Shown: positions 36,000 to 50,071 of the stretch, piece by piece
Numbering within the stretch: position 1 is the stretch's first letter
Layout of the letters: every line of letters begins with the position of its first letter
NCBI GenBank assembly: GCA_021613535.1
Contig: CP075497.1
Coordinates: 8,742,001-8,806,000 of the forward strand
DNA length: 64,000 nt
DNA from: Adineta vaga
Taxonomy: Eukaryota; Animalia; Rotifera
Direction of reading: 5' to 3'
Translations under genes and position numbers: made by a program
Notes under the pieces: model-generated
What the model was told of the DNA's origin: nothing
The model's database searches: none
What the model saw: only the letters and a program-made list of their open reading frames with translations

Positions 36000-38777
36000 T
36001 CAAAATGTTCAAATACTAAAGCATAACAGATGAAAAAATATACGCATTCACTTCGACTGTTGGTGATAGTTTATTAAATGAAAGAATTTAAATCTGATTA
36101 TTATTGTATTTATCGTTATTCGTATTATAGTTATTTAGTCTTATATTTTTATATTCATGAATTTTGTAAATATATTCTTTTCTTTTTCTAATCAAAAAAT
36201 AATCTTATAAGAAAAGCATTGTTAAATTTATTTATTTTGTCAATTATTGAACTAGTATGATCGTATACAGGCATAAAAGAAGCTTCACGAATTTTCGATT
36301 ATTTGGATAGCTTTCATAAATATAAAGCAATGTAGAATTATATATATAGATGTAACTATTTGACTTTCTTAAATTGTGTATATATCTGTTATACAGTTCA
36401 AAAGTTCGTTCAAAACAAAATAAGAATTGGAAGATGAATTGTAACGCATGTATTTCATATGATCATAGTCTATCAATGTAAGGCAAAATATTAGACTTTT
36501 GAGAATCAAAGATAAGATAGAAGATACAAATTTCCCAAATGGGATTCAGTATTTACTTATTTATATCATCGATATAAAGATTAACTTTGATAGTATAAGT
36601 ATCTGCTTTTCTTACTTAGCTTAGGAGAAGAATCATTAGAAAAAACGATTGCTGACATGAATAAATCATGTACAATTTCATTCCTATTTGTATTTTTCAA
36701 ACTCAAAAGGAAAAAATCACTTTCAATAGAACCAGAGAAATGTACATTTCTTGTCAACCATATTATACATGCAGATTTTATAAAGTTAATGTTTGTATTA
36801 GGTTTCAATGATGCCAATTGTTGATGATCATTAGTAAATTATTCATAAATACAAGAGTTTGTGATTCGTTTGATTTATATTACCTTGAGCTTTTGTTAGG
36901 TTTGAAAGTATATTAGGAAAAGAAACAATGTACTATTTAGTTAACTACATTGTTTCTATGTATTTTTGTCAATTGAATAATTATTTCTTTGCGTTTTTAT
37001 TAAATCTATTCATATAATTTTACGAACTTTCCGAAAGACAAGCGATAAATCATGGATTGCAGACAGATGCAAAGAAAATACTTTTATGGTTTCGTACCAT
37101 TTATCACAAAAGCTTGGCGTGTGGTTGTTATGAGCAACATTTATTCATACAAAAAATGCTAATATGATCATCTTTCAATTTCTTTTCAAAGTACACATTT
37201 TTTGAAAAATACTTTATTTTCAATGTTCTAACTAGATAAGAATTAATATTTAATTCGATTCTTGTGTATACTCGTTCGTAGTATGTTGTTTTTTTCTCCG
37301 TGATAATACAATACGTTCGCTATATGAAGAAGTACTTAGACAGATATGTGTGCAATTCATCAAACGATTAATCCGTCTGGCAGAGGCCAGTACAACCAAC
37401 TTAAAATATCCGATCATAGAACACTTTGAAAAAGAAAACAGACTCAACTCACCATCGTTATCAACATATTCTAATCGATCAATTTCTATCATTCATACAA
37501 ATGACATTACAAGACAATCAGATAAATCAGAATCAATGATAACCTTATCTTAGTTGATGAACATAAATAAAGAAAAGAACAGTGATATATTCTGTAAATG
37601 ACAGGAACTTTTTCATATAATTCCGAATAACTATCATATTCTTGCCATTGGATATCTTATGAAACTCTATTCGCTAATATAGTATTTATATCACAATATA
37701 AACACTAAAATTAGTCACGATTCATGTTTATTTATATTTGCCAGATATCCTGCAGTTTGGTTTCATATTTACAATGAAAAAAATTTCATAAGTCTATTTC
37801 TGATTATTTGATCATTATATTTCTGTTCGTTTTATTCAATCAATTCTTCTGTAAGAGCTCTTATGTAACTGTTCTTTTTCACATTCATCCATCAATTACT
37901 TATCAGTCTGAATGTTTATACTAATAATCAATGAATGGAGAATTGACAATGAACAAAGCAACGAAGGTTTTCTTTTTCGTCAATGTTTTTTTAATGAACA
38001 TTCAAATTTGATTTCAATATCATTCTGTTTGTTGTATTACCGACATTTCTTTCCTTGATGGATGATCATACCTTATAAGTAAATCGTTTTGACTGATGAA
38101 GAATTCACTGCAGGCGCCAACTAATCTTCTTTCTTTGTCTCCCTTTTTTCTTCTATGCTCATTGAGACGCTGTACAAACTCAGGCGTATGATACACGTTG
38201 CTGATCGATGAATGACGAACGGGCAGAAGAGGACGATGTGGCATACGAGCAGATACGTACATACATATATATAATATCATTGATTTTGCACAGATGTACG
38301 TGTAAAAATATACATATATGTGCAAAGAAAGGAGGAAAAAAGAGAGAGAGAAGGAAGGTAATGAACTTGTAACTACTGCCAATATTAGTCGATTGTCAAA
38401 AAAAAACTCATGTGTTGAAAATTGTTCCCTTTCTCCATCTCTCTTTCTTCTATTACAACGACTAGCATGCTCAAGTTTTATTATTTTTTTTTCTCCTTCT
38501 CTCTCGCCTTTCGATCTAATTCCATATGAGTAACAACGATGCTGACTCAGTTTTTTTCTTTTTCTTTCTTCTGTTTTTTTTCTCTTTTTAGTTACCCATC
38601 CTATCGCTACTATTCTGTCGTTGTTGTATAGAGTCACAAATTCTGTCATCAACAATTGTGAACACGTTTTTTCTATTCTTGCTACATGTTCCAATATAAT
38701 TTTAGTCGATTGGAACAAGTAAATATTCTTCGATTGTTCAATCTGTCATCTTTAACAATTATTTTCTTGTTTAACGC

Positions 38778-41700
38778 ATGCTGTTAAAAAGTTTTTTTCT
38801 AACATGTTTATTGTTTGTTAATGTTCTTATCCAATCGACAACATGTGCTCTTCCAAGTAATATTCAAAACCTCGAACTTGATGATATTACTTCATTATGG
38901 GATAAACTTCCATCGATTATTGATAAAATTAAAGAAGCTGGTACGTTATTTAGATATGATAAAAAAAAGAGAATTGAAGGTCATACACATAAGAAGGACA
39001 TACTTAAATGAACAGGTTGAAATTGTGTCTAATAGCAGATCTTCGATATCTATGTTTTGTTCGATTAAGATTCATTATACCTTAATTGTTCAAACAGTGT
39101 TGATGAAGATATTAATATCAGTAAAGATCAGATTACTAGACATATGGAAGATGCATAGCTAGCACGTACGAGAAACGGTATAGAATATCATTTGTATAGA
39201 CAAGAATCGTTCCTTTTCATTATGATATTATAGATATTTTGTCAAGGTTAATTAACATTTTGACAGGTCATTTTCTTATGTGTTTAAACAAGGTTTCTCG
39301 AATTAAAACAGAGAAAGAGAACTTGATATTTATCATTAAAATTTCTTTTATAGTTAGTCGATTTCGTTGTCCAAAAGGATGGAAACGTTTGGGTGGTTCA
39401 TGCTATTATCTTTCGAATTTAACATCTACATCAATCGATGCGAACTATACATGTAATCTTATTCATTCCAATCTCTCAAATCTTATGCAAATACGAAATA
39501 CCGTTGAACTCTTCTATGCTGCTCATGTTTTAACAAAAAATAACTTGTCATCATTAATAATTGATGTTGAATCAAGTTTACTTCGAGGTCAGATTTCTAT
39601 TCATATCTGGCAAGAAATGAATAAAATATAGATGCATATATTGTTTCTAGGAAGAAACATTTCAGAAATGTTAATGAATGATCCAGATCGATGGAAACGA
39701 ATGAAGAAGAATTTCAATGAAGTACGTGTCAAATACCAAAAATTAAAAAAGAAAATCGTCGATCGATTGACATCAACTGGTCTACGAATTTTACGACGTT
39801 CAAAAAAAGTCAAAGAAATACCAACGAGAAGACGAATTGGTCATGATGAAACTCATTCGGGTTATTACGAAGAATATGATTTTGATGATAGAGAACTTAA
39901 CATAACAAATTATCCAATAGAAGATACTTCAACACGAAATCTTAGTTCAATAAATGATGAAGATGAATATGAATATGATGATCTTGATTCACCGGATGAA
40001 AGTGATCTATTTGAACAAATTGATGATATTCGTGGTATTTGTCAAAAAATTGATTGGAATGTTCATGATGATAATTCAAATTCGACGGTATATATTTTAA
40101 CAACATATATCGTATCAGATCAAACCGTCTGTTCATTGAGTGATGTAGAAATTGATACGGAATACCATCATGTTTGTGAATATGGTTTGTAATCAGAACT
40201 ATTCAGAAATTTTCTCCTGAATTTATCTATTTATTTCATACATAGTACTTGATTTTTGTTTTGCAAATATAATGTGTGGAAAACATGGACAATGTGTAAA
40301 TACATTAGCAGGTTTTCAGTGTTCCTGTTCATTTTTATATGGTGGTGTACTCTGCGACAAAAGTATGTAAAAAAAAGATATGATTTAATAGTTCTATTCA
40401 TGGTTTTCTAGTTTCTGAACATGGTCAACAGATTGTTATTGGTCTTATTATTATTGGCATTTTGACAGCATTAACATTGAAGCCAGTTCGAGTAGTATTA
40501 TGGTTTATAACTAATACATTAATTAAGTAAGAGTTCGTAAAATAGTTGAATATAGCAATGCGAAAAGTTTTGATTTATTTTCATTAGATTTTGTAAAAGA
40601 TTTCGTGAAGAACGTAAACAGACGAAACAGAGAAACGCTGATGAGACACAAAATTTGGTAGATACGAGCAGGTAATTGAATTTTTTTCAATTTTAGAAAG
40701 AAAAGGATACTAAGAGAATGTTTTAAGATCAGGGAATGACAATCGACCTACAACTATGAATCAATCAAGTGAACGACGACCAACATTAGTTCAAGAATTG
40801 ATGGAATTTTTGTAAGTTATTACTCTTTTAGTTTTAAAACTTCATGATCTTTGGTTTGTTTCATTATACATCAGACGACAAATCTATCGATGCATAACGT
40901 ATGCAGTAGAAATGCTTTTATTTAATACTAAAACTTTGGTTCACAAAATAACTCTTTGATTAATAGCACTCCTTTTTTTGAAATTATAGATTCGATATCG
41001 TACTAATTCTTTTTCTCTATACAATCTCTTGTTAATTTAGTTCTCCAAAACCTTCCAATCCATTAAAAAGGCCAATCAAACGTAATTTAGTTCGTACTAT
41101 TTGGGTTGGATTATTGAATATCTTCTTCTCATCCATACTATTTATTTCTACATCATTAATGTATCTCGTATCATTTGGATATAATATGAATGAAGATCAT
41201 GATGAAGAATTCTCTATCAATGATACTATTCGTTTAGTTAATCAATGTGTAAATATATCTGACTATCGAACAGGAAATCTTATTTTTGCACCATTTGCAC
41301 TTTCATTAATATTAATCTTTTCGTGGTCATTAAAACGAGAGAAATATTGTTTAAATATGTGTGATGGTCGACCCGGTAAGATAAACCATTGATTTTCTCT
41401 AATTTTTACAAATCGTTTTTCTTGCTCTACATTTAGCATTGATTACACCAATTGAACCATTTCGTACTGGAAATCGTTTTACTACTGCAACTGTTTTTGG
41501 TATTCTTGCATTTGAAGTATTGAAAATCTTCGAGGATCTTCTATTTCGTACTGGTCAACCATTACATCAAGGTGTATTGATTGAATTATTTGAAAGAATA
41601 GCACTTGTTATCCTTGTTGGACTTCGTTATTATCCGGTACTTGCTTCTTTACAATTACGAAATATTGTTGCTCGTGGTTTTACCTGTATTTACATTATAT

Positions 41701-44700
41701 GTGATATGATGTACACGATCATACGAGAAGGTTCATGTATGGGATTTCTACCATTATCTGGACAGTATACAGCTGCTGAAGAAGCAAAACTTCGAAAAGT
41801 AAATTTTTTTTGAATATTGAATCTTTAAAAGAACGTTTCTTTTTTCAGGAACTTGGTACTTGGTTTATTGTTTATGGATTAATAAAGAATATACCACATT
41901 TTTTCCTTCTGTCTTATATATCTGCTGAATTATGCGTCCGTTTTATATATGATTCTATTTATGTTCCTTATCGAAAACAGAGAAGTATATGGTCTGCACC
42001 TATTGCTCAATTAGATGAATGTGAATTTTCGAAATATTATGTAACAAAATTACTTCGACGTAATCGTCGTTTTCAACAAATTTCATTAGGACAAAATGAG
42101 AAGACAAATCTTGATAATTTAATAGATCATGAACATGAAGCTCAAATGCAAAATACACTTAATCAATCACGTGTGAAAAGATTTTTTGATTGTATTTATC
42201 ATTCAGATGATGATTTTCGCTTTACAACAATTGCAACATGTACCTACACAGTTGCTGTTGTATTTCTATATTATCTAGCATGTACATTTGTTTTTCTATA
42301 TCTATCAAGAACTGCAGGACATATTTCTTTCTTAAAATTTTATATTGAATCAACATTTAATGTTGGTAAGTGTTTCTCTTTGGTGATGATACTTGTCACC
42401 TATCAAAATTTTGTCTTTTCAACTTTTAGAATTAGGGGCATTTTCGTTAAAATTGGAGATTATACTGAGTGCGGTTTTTACTGTTATTATATATGGATTT
42501 CAATTATTTATTGGAATGCAAAATTATAAAAAACACAAATCACAACTATACAAAGGTATTTATGTTGATGTTCCATCAGCTATGAATTTTAAACCAAGTT
42601 CGATGGCTTCAAATTCTGTTCATTATTCTGGTTTTCTTGTTGGTTATATGGCTTGGGGTTTTGTTATTTGTTTTCATCTGATACTTTTCATTTTAATTGG
42701 ATTAAAAATTGTTTCTTTACAAATTCGTCATATTGAATTAGTCTTAGCGATTGTTGTTCCTGTACTTGTTATTTATTTTTTGAAAATGCTCAGTATGAGA
42801 TCCGCTGGGAAATTTCTCTTTATTCAAAAAATGGATGATAAATTAAACTTGAAAAGTCGAAAAATGTATGCAATGTTTGTTTATTTTAGTTTCTTTGCTG
42901 GTAAGTTTACAGATCAGAAGAAGAAAAAAAGATATGAGAAAATTGATGTACTTTTTATTTCATTTCAGATTGTTTTCTTGGTATTGCATCATGTATTATT
43001 CGTTTGATTAAAGCAACTTTTCTCAATGTAGTATTTATGGCTCGACTTGATTGGAGTTTTCTTGGACGACCATTAGAAAGATTTGGTAAGATACGAACTG
43101 ATTTGTTTTGTTAATTCAAATCTTTATTGTATTCAATTGAAATAAAGCATTCATCCATTCCATGTGTGTCACTTTAGATCTTGGTTTTGCAGCATACATT
43201 TCGTATTTACATATGGAAGTTACCTATACAAATCCAGTGATGTTAGGTTTGTTTAGATAATAAAATAAAACGTATGTGGAACGTTTTTCTTTTCGCAGCA
43301 TTCTGTTATTCGTTATTTGATGATATTGTGCAACGACGACCAAAGCATTGCTATGATGATGAATGTTGTATTGCTCCAGGTGAACTTGATGAAGATTATA
43401 TAGAACCACCAAAACAAAGTCTAGTCAAAAAGAACGAATCAACAGTTCAATATAAACGAAAAAAACAGATTGATATGTCAATCGAAGAATCACTTCTAAA
43501 TCAAACATCACCAAGAAGTGAAAAACAACGACCACAAAGTGTTCGAATCGTAGGAAAAACGACTGATACTGAGTTACCCACTGTATCCATCGTAAGAGAA
43601 CGAATCCTTTATTCTTTTATATTAATTTCATGTCTATGTTCTAGATATCTAATAAATCAAGTCAAAAACGTACAAGGGACAGAATTCAGCAAAACCGACA
43701 CGTAGTGATTAAGAATGAAGAAAATTCACAATCAGATTGTCCTCCTGAAGTTCCACGTCGTGCAGATCTCTCATCTGAAAAAGGTGAAAGTGAAATTGAT
43801 GATGTAAGTATTTAACTATATGAAAACTATCGTTTCATATTTAAAGCATTATTTTATAGCAACAATTACGTTTAACAGCAGTTACAAGAACAGCAGAAAT
43901 AAATGTAGATAATCCATCCGATGATGATGATGATGATCAACACAATGATAAATCCGAGCAAAAGCTATTACCAAAGTCGAAGAAGATTCAATCATCGAAG
44001 GAGAAGAAAAAGAAAATCAAGCATAATGCTAAACAACGAGGAGTGCACAATCAGATAACAAAAGAAAAGTCATCATCCGAAAACAGTGATAATGATCATG
44101 TTAAACAATCAATTCAAAATCAAGGAAACATGAGATTATCCTCATCATCATACAATACGATTAATGAACTTGCACCCAAACTATTGGATACGGTTGCAAA
44201 CAAGAACCAAAGAAAAAAAGCAGATCAACACCATATCACTAGAGTTCAAAAATCAGTAGCATGTTGCCCACCACCGTACAATTTGGCAGCTGATCCAAAA
44301 GATTTACATCTCTTACGAACGACATCTTATCGTCAAGCTCATCATAGTACACCACCACTGCTAACGTGTCGATCGGACAAATCTTCGAAATCTCACAATC
44401 ACAAAAATATCAATAGTGGTGATGATAATAATCATTATGCGGAGATCGGTACTTCTACAATTCAGCCAACTACTAATAGCTATTCATGTTCAAAACTTAC
44501 AATGAAAAAAGCATCGTTCGATCATTCAAATAAACAAAAACAAGATGAAGATAGTGACATCGAGATCGAATCAGACGACGACGACGATGATAATGATGAT
44601 GATGATGATAAACAAGAAGTTTATCTTTTAAAAGCGCGACAAACGACTTATATGAATCAATCGACAATTGTTTCTACAGACAATATTTCGACGAAATCAG

Positions 44701-46036
44701 AAAAAGATATTCTTAATGAAAAAATAAAGAAAAGAAAACGATTACGTTTCCGATGGCATTTTCTCTACACACTCATAAGAAACTATCATTTATTTGACTT
44801 ACGAAAAGATGTAGAAGGTCGATTAACTCGTTTACATCTACAACGCAGTAGTCTTATTGATGAACAACAACTTCCAAGTCCTATTCTAATAAGACAACCA
44901 GAAGTTTGCATGGCCGTAGCACAAATGGATAACGCAAGAACGGAAGCGGAAAGAATGTAAGTATATCGTATTTATATATCTTATAATTCGACTTTCTTAT
45001 GATTAAAATTAGAAGGAAAAAATGTAATATATCTGCTTGTAGTTCTAGTGAGAGAGTATCCTTGACAGATATTCCTACAGAAGTCGAACATCAACCATCG
45101 TCACCACGCCGTTTATTTTCTGTACCTGTACCTGTAACGACTGAATATCCACCAAGTCCTGCTGAACGATATATTGCAATTCGTGCGCAGATGTTGTATG
45201 ATACAAATGTTCAACAAATAAACGGATCTCACGCTTCTACTTCATCACATACACCAACAACGGCCATGTCCTTGAATCGACAACGATCAGTACCTGTGAC
45301 AACATATTTTAGTGATCGAAGTCTTGGTTTTCGTACTACACCAGACATTATCATTCAACCACCATCTGAATCTAGTACGAAATCGGAACGAACACAAATA
45401 ACCGATCATCAAACACCACGCATAAGACGACAAGAACAATTTCCACCAACAACATTTCTTCCAGATTCTCCTTCAATTCAATCAACTGCTGATTATCCAT
45501 TAGCAACGACTTCAATGACAAATTCGTCCACATTTCGTACACAAATGAGTCATGATCAACATATGCAAGTATGGCGTCAGGATGAAATGGAAAAAATTCA
45601 GAAAAAGCAACGACATTGTTACATATATGGTCCGCCACCGCAAACTCCTTTACAAGATAAAGTTTCTCGAACTGCTATTCTTACACCACAACTTCTTTCG
45701 ACAGTAACAAGACAACAACAAGCCCCATCAACAGCAGACAATGATGCGACTCAACGACAACCTACGATTTCACCATTCCAATTTCCAGATCTATCACGAC
45801 AAGTACGCACCACCTCGTCATCTACCGCTAGTGACACTGTAACTAGAGATAATAATCAACAATCGACAAAAAAACATCGACAAAAGACAAGTCCAATCCC
45901 ACCGCCACGTATGGATCGTCTTGTTGAAGATCCTCATGAAACAAATAATAAAAATATATCATCTAAAACAATAATATCTGCGCAAATTCATCAAGAAGAT
46001 TCCAGTAGTGATACATCCGATATCAAAAATGATTAA
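38778..46036 (+). CDS. Signal peptide - C-type lectin - EGF - TM - STRA6-like fusion protein (~1,900 aa)
   Basis: CTLD-like CPKGWKRLGGSCYYLS...HHVCE (39354-40184), EGF exon 40246-40362, TM exon 40412-40526. STRA6 motifs GRPGLITPIEPF, SGFLVGYMAWGF, MARLDWSFLGRPLERFDLGF...TNPVMLAFC and RFRWHFLYTLIRN. Junction phases checked from the lectin region to the STRA6 region. Confidence 0.75.
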
Positions 46037-46366
46037 TTTTTCTTCTTTTTTGTTATTGTTATATAGTACATGAACACATGTCAAATTTGTTGTTTCAATT
46101 TTCCTTATTTTCTTACTCATGATTTGTTTTTTGTATATAAATATGTGCGACTATAAAAACGATGATGATGAAGATCATGAACTACTACTTTCAATGTAAT
46201 AAAAAAAATGAACTACAATCAAAAATATCAAATAGAATTTTGATAATTTTATTGTGCAAAGAAGACTTTTATATCGTTTCTTATGTATTTTGAAATGTTA
46301 GGTGAAAAAAGAAGACAAACACAATTCAATAACAAGAATTAAAAATAAAACTGAATACTTCATGTT

Positions 46367-49285
46367 TTAAAGATCAGATTTATTGATTTTCTTCAAATTT
46401 TTCTGCTGTTTTTTCGTCATATTCCGCTTCTGATTTAAATAAAATATTACATGAACGATCAACACCCATACACCTTCAAGTCCAATGAAAAATGTAAATA
46501 TCCATTGAATAATTGTTCTTGCAGATTGATTATTATCTTCACTAATAACTTGTAAAAATGGTCCAATTATCCAAGCAATTCCTAATGATACACATAATGA
46601 AAGCCATATCAACAATGAAATATTGAATCGCTTTTCACTTGTCTGTGCTTTCTTCCTTCCAATAACAAATTGAAATAAACGAGTAGTAATGACGAAAATA
46701 ATCAAGAAATTCAATGAGATAAATATGAAAATTGGAATTGCAATAAAACGAAAAATCATCGATGTATGTAACCAACAAATATCTCCGTCATATCGAACAA
46801 ATAAATTCGTCCATTGATTAAGAATAATTCGAATAATTATAGTAGGAATAAGAGCAATAAGAATAATAAGAATAAGACTTACATAAAGCCATTTATTTGA
46901 TAATGACGTATATTGTATGAAAATGAAATGAAAGAATATAGCAAGAAAATAACAAATGCCAAGTAATGTTCTACTAGCAAATGTTAAGATGAGAAAAAAG
47001 TAAGTACTAATTGCTAGATTTCGTTCTGATACCGAACATATATTGTTTGTATTCGATTGTATTTTCGATGATTGATAACCACGAATTAAAATGACAGTTA
47101 ATAATATAAATAAAACGATTGAATTTAATAAACTAAAAATATTTCCAATCGATAAATGACGAAATGATGTTGATTGACGATAGATTGAAAGAATGATTGA
47201 AATACAAAAACAAACAATCGAAAGAACAGCAATTGTAATTGAAGGTATATATGCTTGTGGAATTGATTTATTCGGTATGAATATTAATGCAAATGATGTA
47301 GTGTGATCACAAGAACAGAAATGACGATGAGATTTGGAATCTTCGAAATGAGTACATCCACTCGTATTCCAATTACCTGCTTGCCAAAATTCGCAAGAAT
47401 ATGAACCAAGTGAATGAGTGATATTAGTGAAAGATATATTAATCAATCGAGGAAATCGATTCGGTAAATGAACACCAACAATAGGTGAAATAATAATCTT
47501 TCGTTGATCATTTTGTGCATGTTGAAAGTATACAGATGGTAGAAAATAAAATGTATAAATATCTGTTGAAGTTAAATTGTCGATGGATGATTCATCAATA
47601 CTTATAGTAGTTGTTGCACCATTAATATCCATGTTTGTTGAATAGCTGAGCAAGGAATTGATTCCTATTGTTTGTGAATAAGAATAGATTGAATGATTTT
47701 TTGTTAAACTTAAAATAGCGATCGAATTATAAGTAACATTTATTGTAATGTTAATAGATTCTAGTAGACTTTCGATTTTTGTAGTTATATTTTGTAAATC
47801 AGTTTGAATCGATGGAGTAATTTCCTGAACTTCGGTTAAATTGTCTAGTTTGTTTGAGAATTGATCGAGCTGATTTATGAATTTGAATGCTGCCTTCTTA
47901 TTAAGTAACTTAATCATCATCAACTAAAAAGTAGAAAAGAGAAAATTTCTTTCCTATAAACACAAATTTGATCATACAACATACTTCATTGAACATAATC
48001 GATAAGCATTCTTCTAATTCAGTACAATTTTTTAGGAGATCCTACGAAAAAAGTATAATGAATGATTTCTTATCAGGTTGTAATAAAAAATAAGATTTAA
48101 TAGGAACGAATAAATTCAGTTAACAATTAAAACAAACCGCTATTTTAGTTTCTGTTCTAACTTACGAGATCTCTTGAAACCCAATCATCTAATTTACAGA
48201 GCTGAGTTCGAAGATTTTCACCATTAAATGACGATTGATAATTACATTTTTCATCGTAAGTTATACTTTCTCCATGTGGACCTTTGCATGTAGAAAAAGT
48301 ATTATTAGCTCCTTTTGACACCAAATAACTTTGAAGGTAATAAAATTTACATGAACAATCCCATTCGAATAAATCTCGATTGTTATCATTTATTCTTTCA
48401 ATCGCATTCATTAAGACTGGAGGATATGTGGCATTTATTTCGCCACAACGATTATACATTTCAAATAAGCCATCATCAATATCAATATGTGTTACATGAT
48501 TACTGAACAATATTCTCTGCGTAATAGTCGACTGATCATTTAAAAGACTACAATCATAGTCATTACTAAAACGAGTTACTGGATTGTTTGAATAATCGAT
48601 TATTCCTTTGACTTGTATTAACCACAATTCAAAGGTAATTAATCTGTTGTTGGATAATAGAAGTTCTTCTATATTCGAAAGATTTGAAAACATCGCAGAA
48701 GGTATAGAATGAATCTGATTATGTGATAGATCAATTTTTTTAAGATTAGACATTTGAGAAATCCATGAAACAGGAACTTCGGTAAGATAATTTTTACTTA
48801 AATCTATTGTTTCCAATTCGGTCAAACATGGAAATGGAGAATTGAGCAAAGAACTATTTATTTGATGGTTCGATAAATATAAAAACTAGATCAAATTAAA
48901 ACACAGACAACCATAGAGTTAGAAAGATTTATATAGAAAGATTTACTTTAAGTCGTGTGAAATTGCAGATACTAATTGGGATAGCGGTTAATGGTCCTGG
49001 TACTGAACTATTCGTTCCGATCACTTCAAGATGCTCAATCGTGTCATATAAATTAGCTGGTACATTAGCAACCGGTAAATCTGATAGGAGCTCATCACTT
49101 GGACATTGAAACATTATAAATACAGTAGTTTCATCAAAATGGCACATGACATTAGTTTGTCTCATTTGTAATTGATCAGTTGACGTCACTAGAAAAAGAT
49201 AGATAAATATTTGATCAAGTTGATTGATCAGACATATTTCAAAAACAAAAATCGTCAATAAATTTTCATTCTTGATGATTAACAT
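46367..49285 (-). CDS. LRR-containing adhesion GPCR (LRR - GAIN/GPS - 7TM); start uncertain
   Basis: LRRs (LETIDLSKNYL, LKKIDLSHNQI, IEELLLSNNRL), LRRCT-like WDCSC, GPS CEFW...WNTSGC...CSCDHTTSFAL, secretin-type 7TM (ICWL, SLGIAWIIG, GLEGVWVLI). Confidence 0.85.
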
Positions 49286-50071
49286 TGTCAATTTTGTCTT
49301 TTCGATATATGACAATACATATTCATAACGAAGTTTTTAATCTCTTTGAAAAATATGATCACACGAAATACAACATTGAAGTCATTTTTTTTCAGGTTAA
49401 TTGCATCCTATTATTCTTCTTTATGACATTTCACTCAATTATTCTTATTCTAATATATTATCAAGCATGAATGAACGATATGTTAATTATGTGTTTACTC
49501 AATCTGATGTTAACGATGAGATGACGTAGGAAAAAAGTAATCAATCAAAATATGAGAAAATAAGTAAATACACAAATAAAGCATTTAGTTCATTTGAAAA
49601 AAAACATACTACCTTGTCAGAAAAACCATAATATTGATAGAAAGATTTTATAGACAACAATATTAACTACATCAACAAATTTATTGCGGAAAAATTACTT
49701 GACCTTGTGTACTCAAGACTTGAATCTTTTCTATGTATTTATTCAACGTATATATGTTAGAGAAATCACCTGACAAGAAATTCTCTCCCTTCATCCTGTA
49801 GTTCAATCTTACCAATTATTCCATGTAGAATAAAAACATTTATTAAACATAGATAGATTTGCGGTGGCTTTCGTTCCATCGTTGAATAAAGTAACCAAAT
49901 GAAATCGATTTTTTTCTTTTTTTATCTACGTCAAATACTTTTATGTTAATATGAAGTTATCTGATACCTACTTGTTGTTTAGTTCCTCAATATCTAAATC
50001 AATACTTGTCATACAGAGAGAAAAATTCAATAATCTGAAAGTCAATATCTTCACATATTCCGATTGGTATT

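Noticed and set aside
36581-37553. Protein-like fragments (e.g. RSLYEEVLRQICVQFIKRLIRLAEAST at 37314-37553)
   Set aside because: May be decayed exons, but no consistent start, splice chain or family motif could be established.
38020-38718. 232-aa minus-strand ORF
   Set aside because: Low-complexity purine/pyrimidine tracts in the promoter/5'UTR of the STRA6-like gene, TTG start, no domain.
49320-49385. TGA read-through or recoding in a putative first exon of the adhesion GPCR
   Set aside because: TGA is used as a normal stop by many genes here, and the read-through product is not signal-peptide-like.
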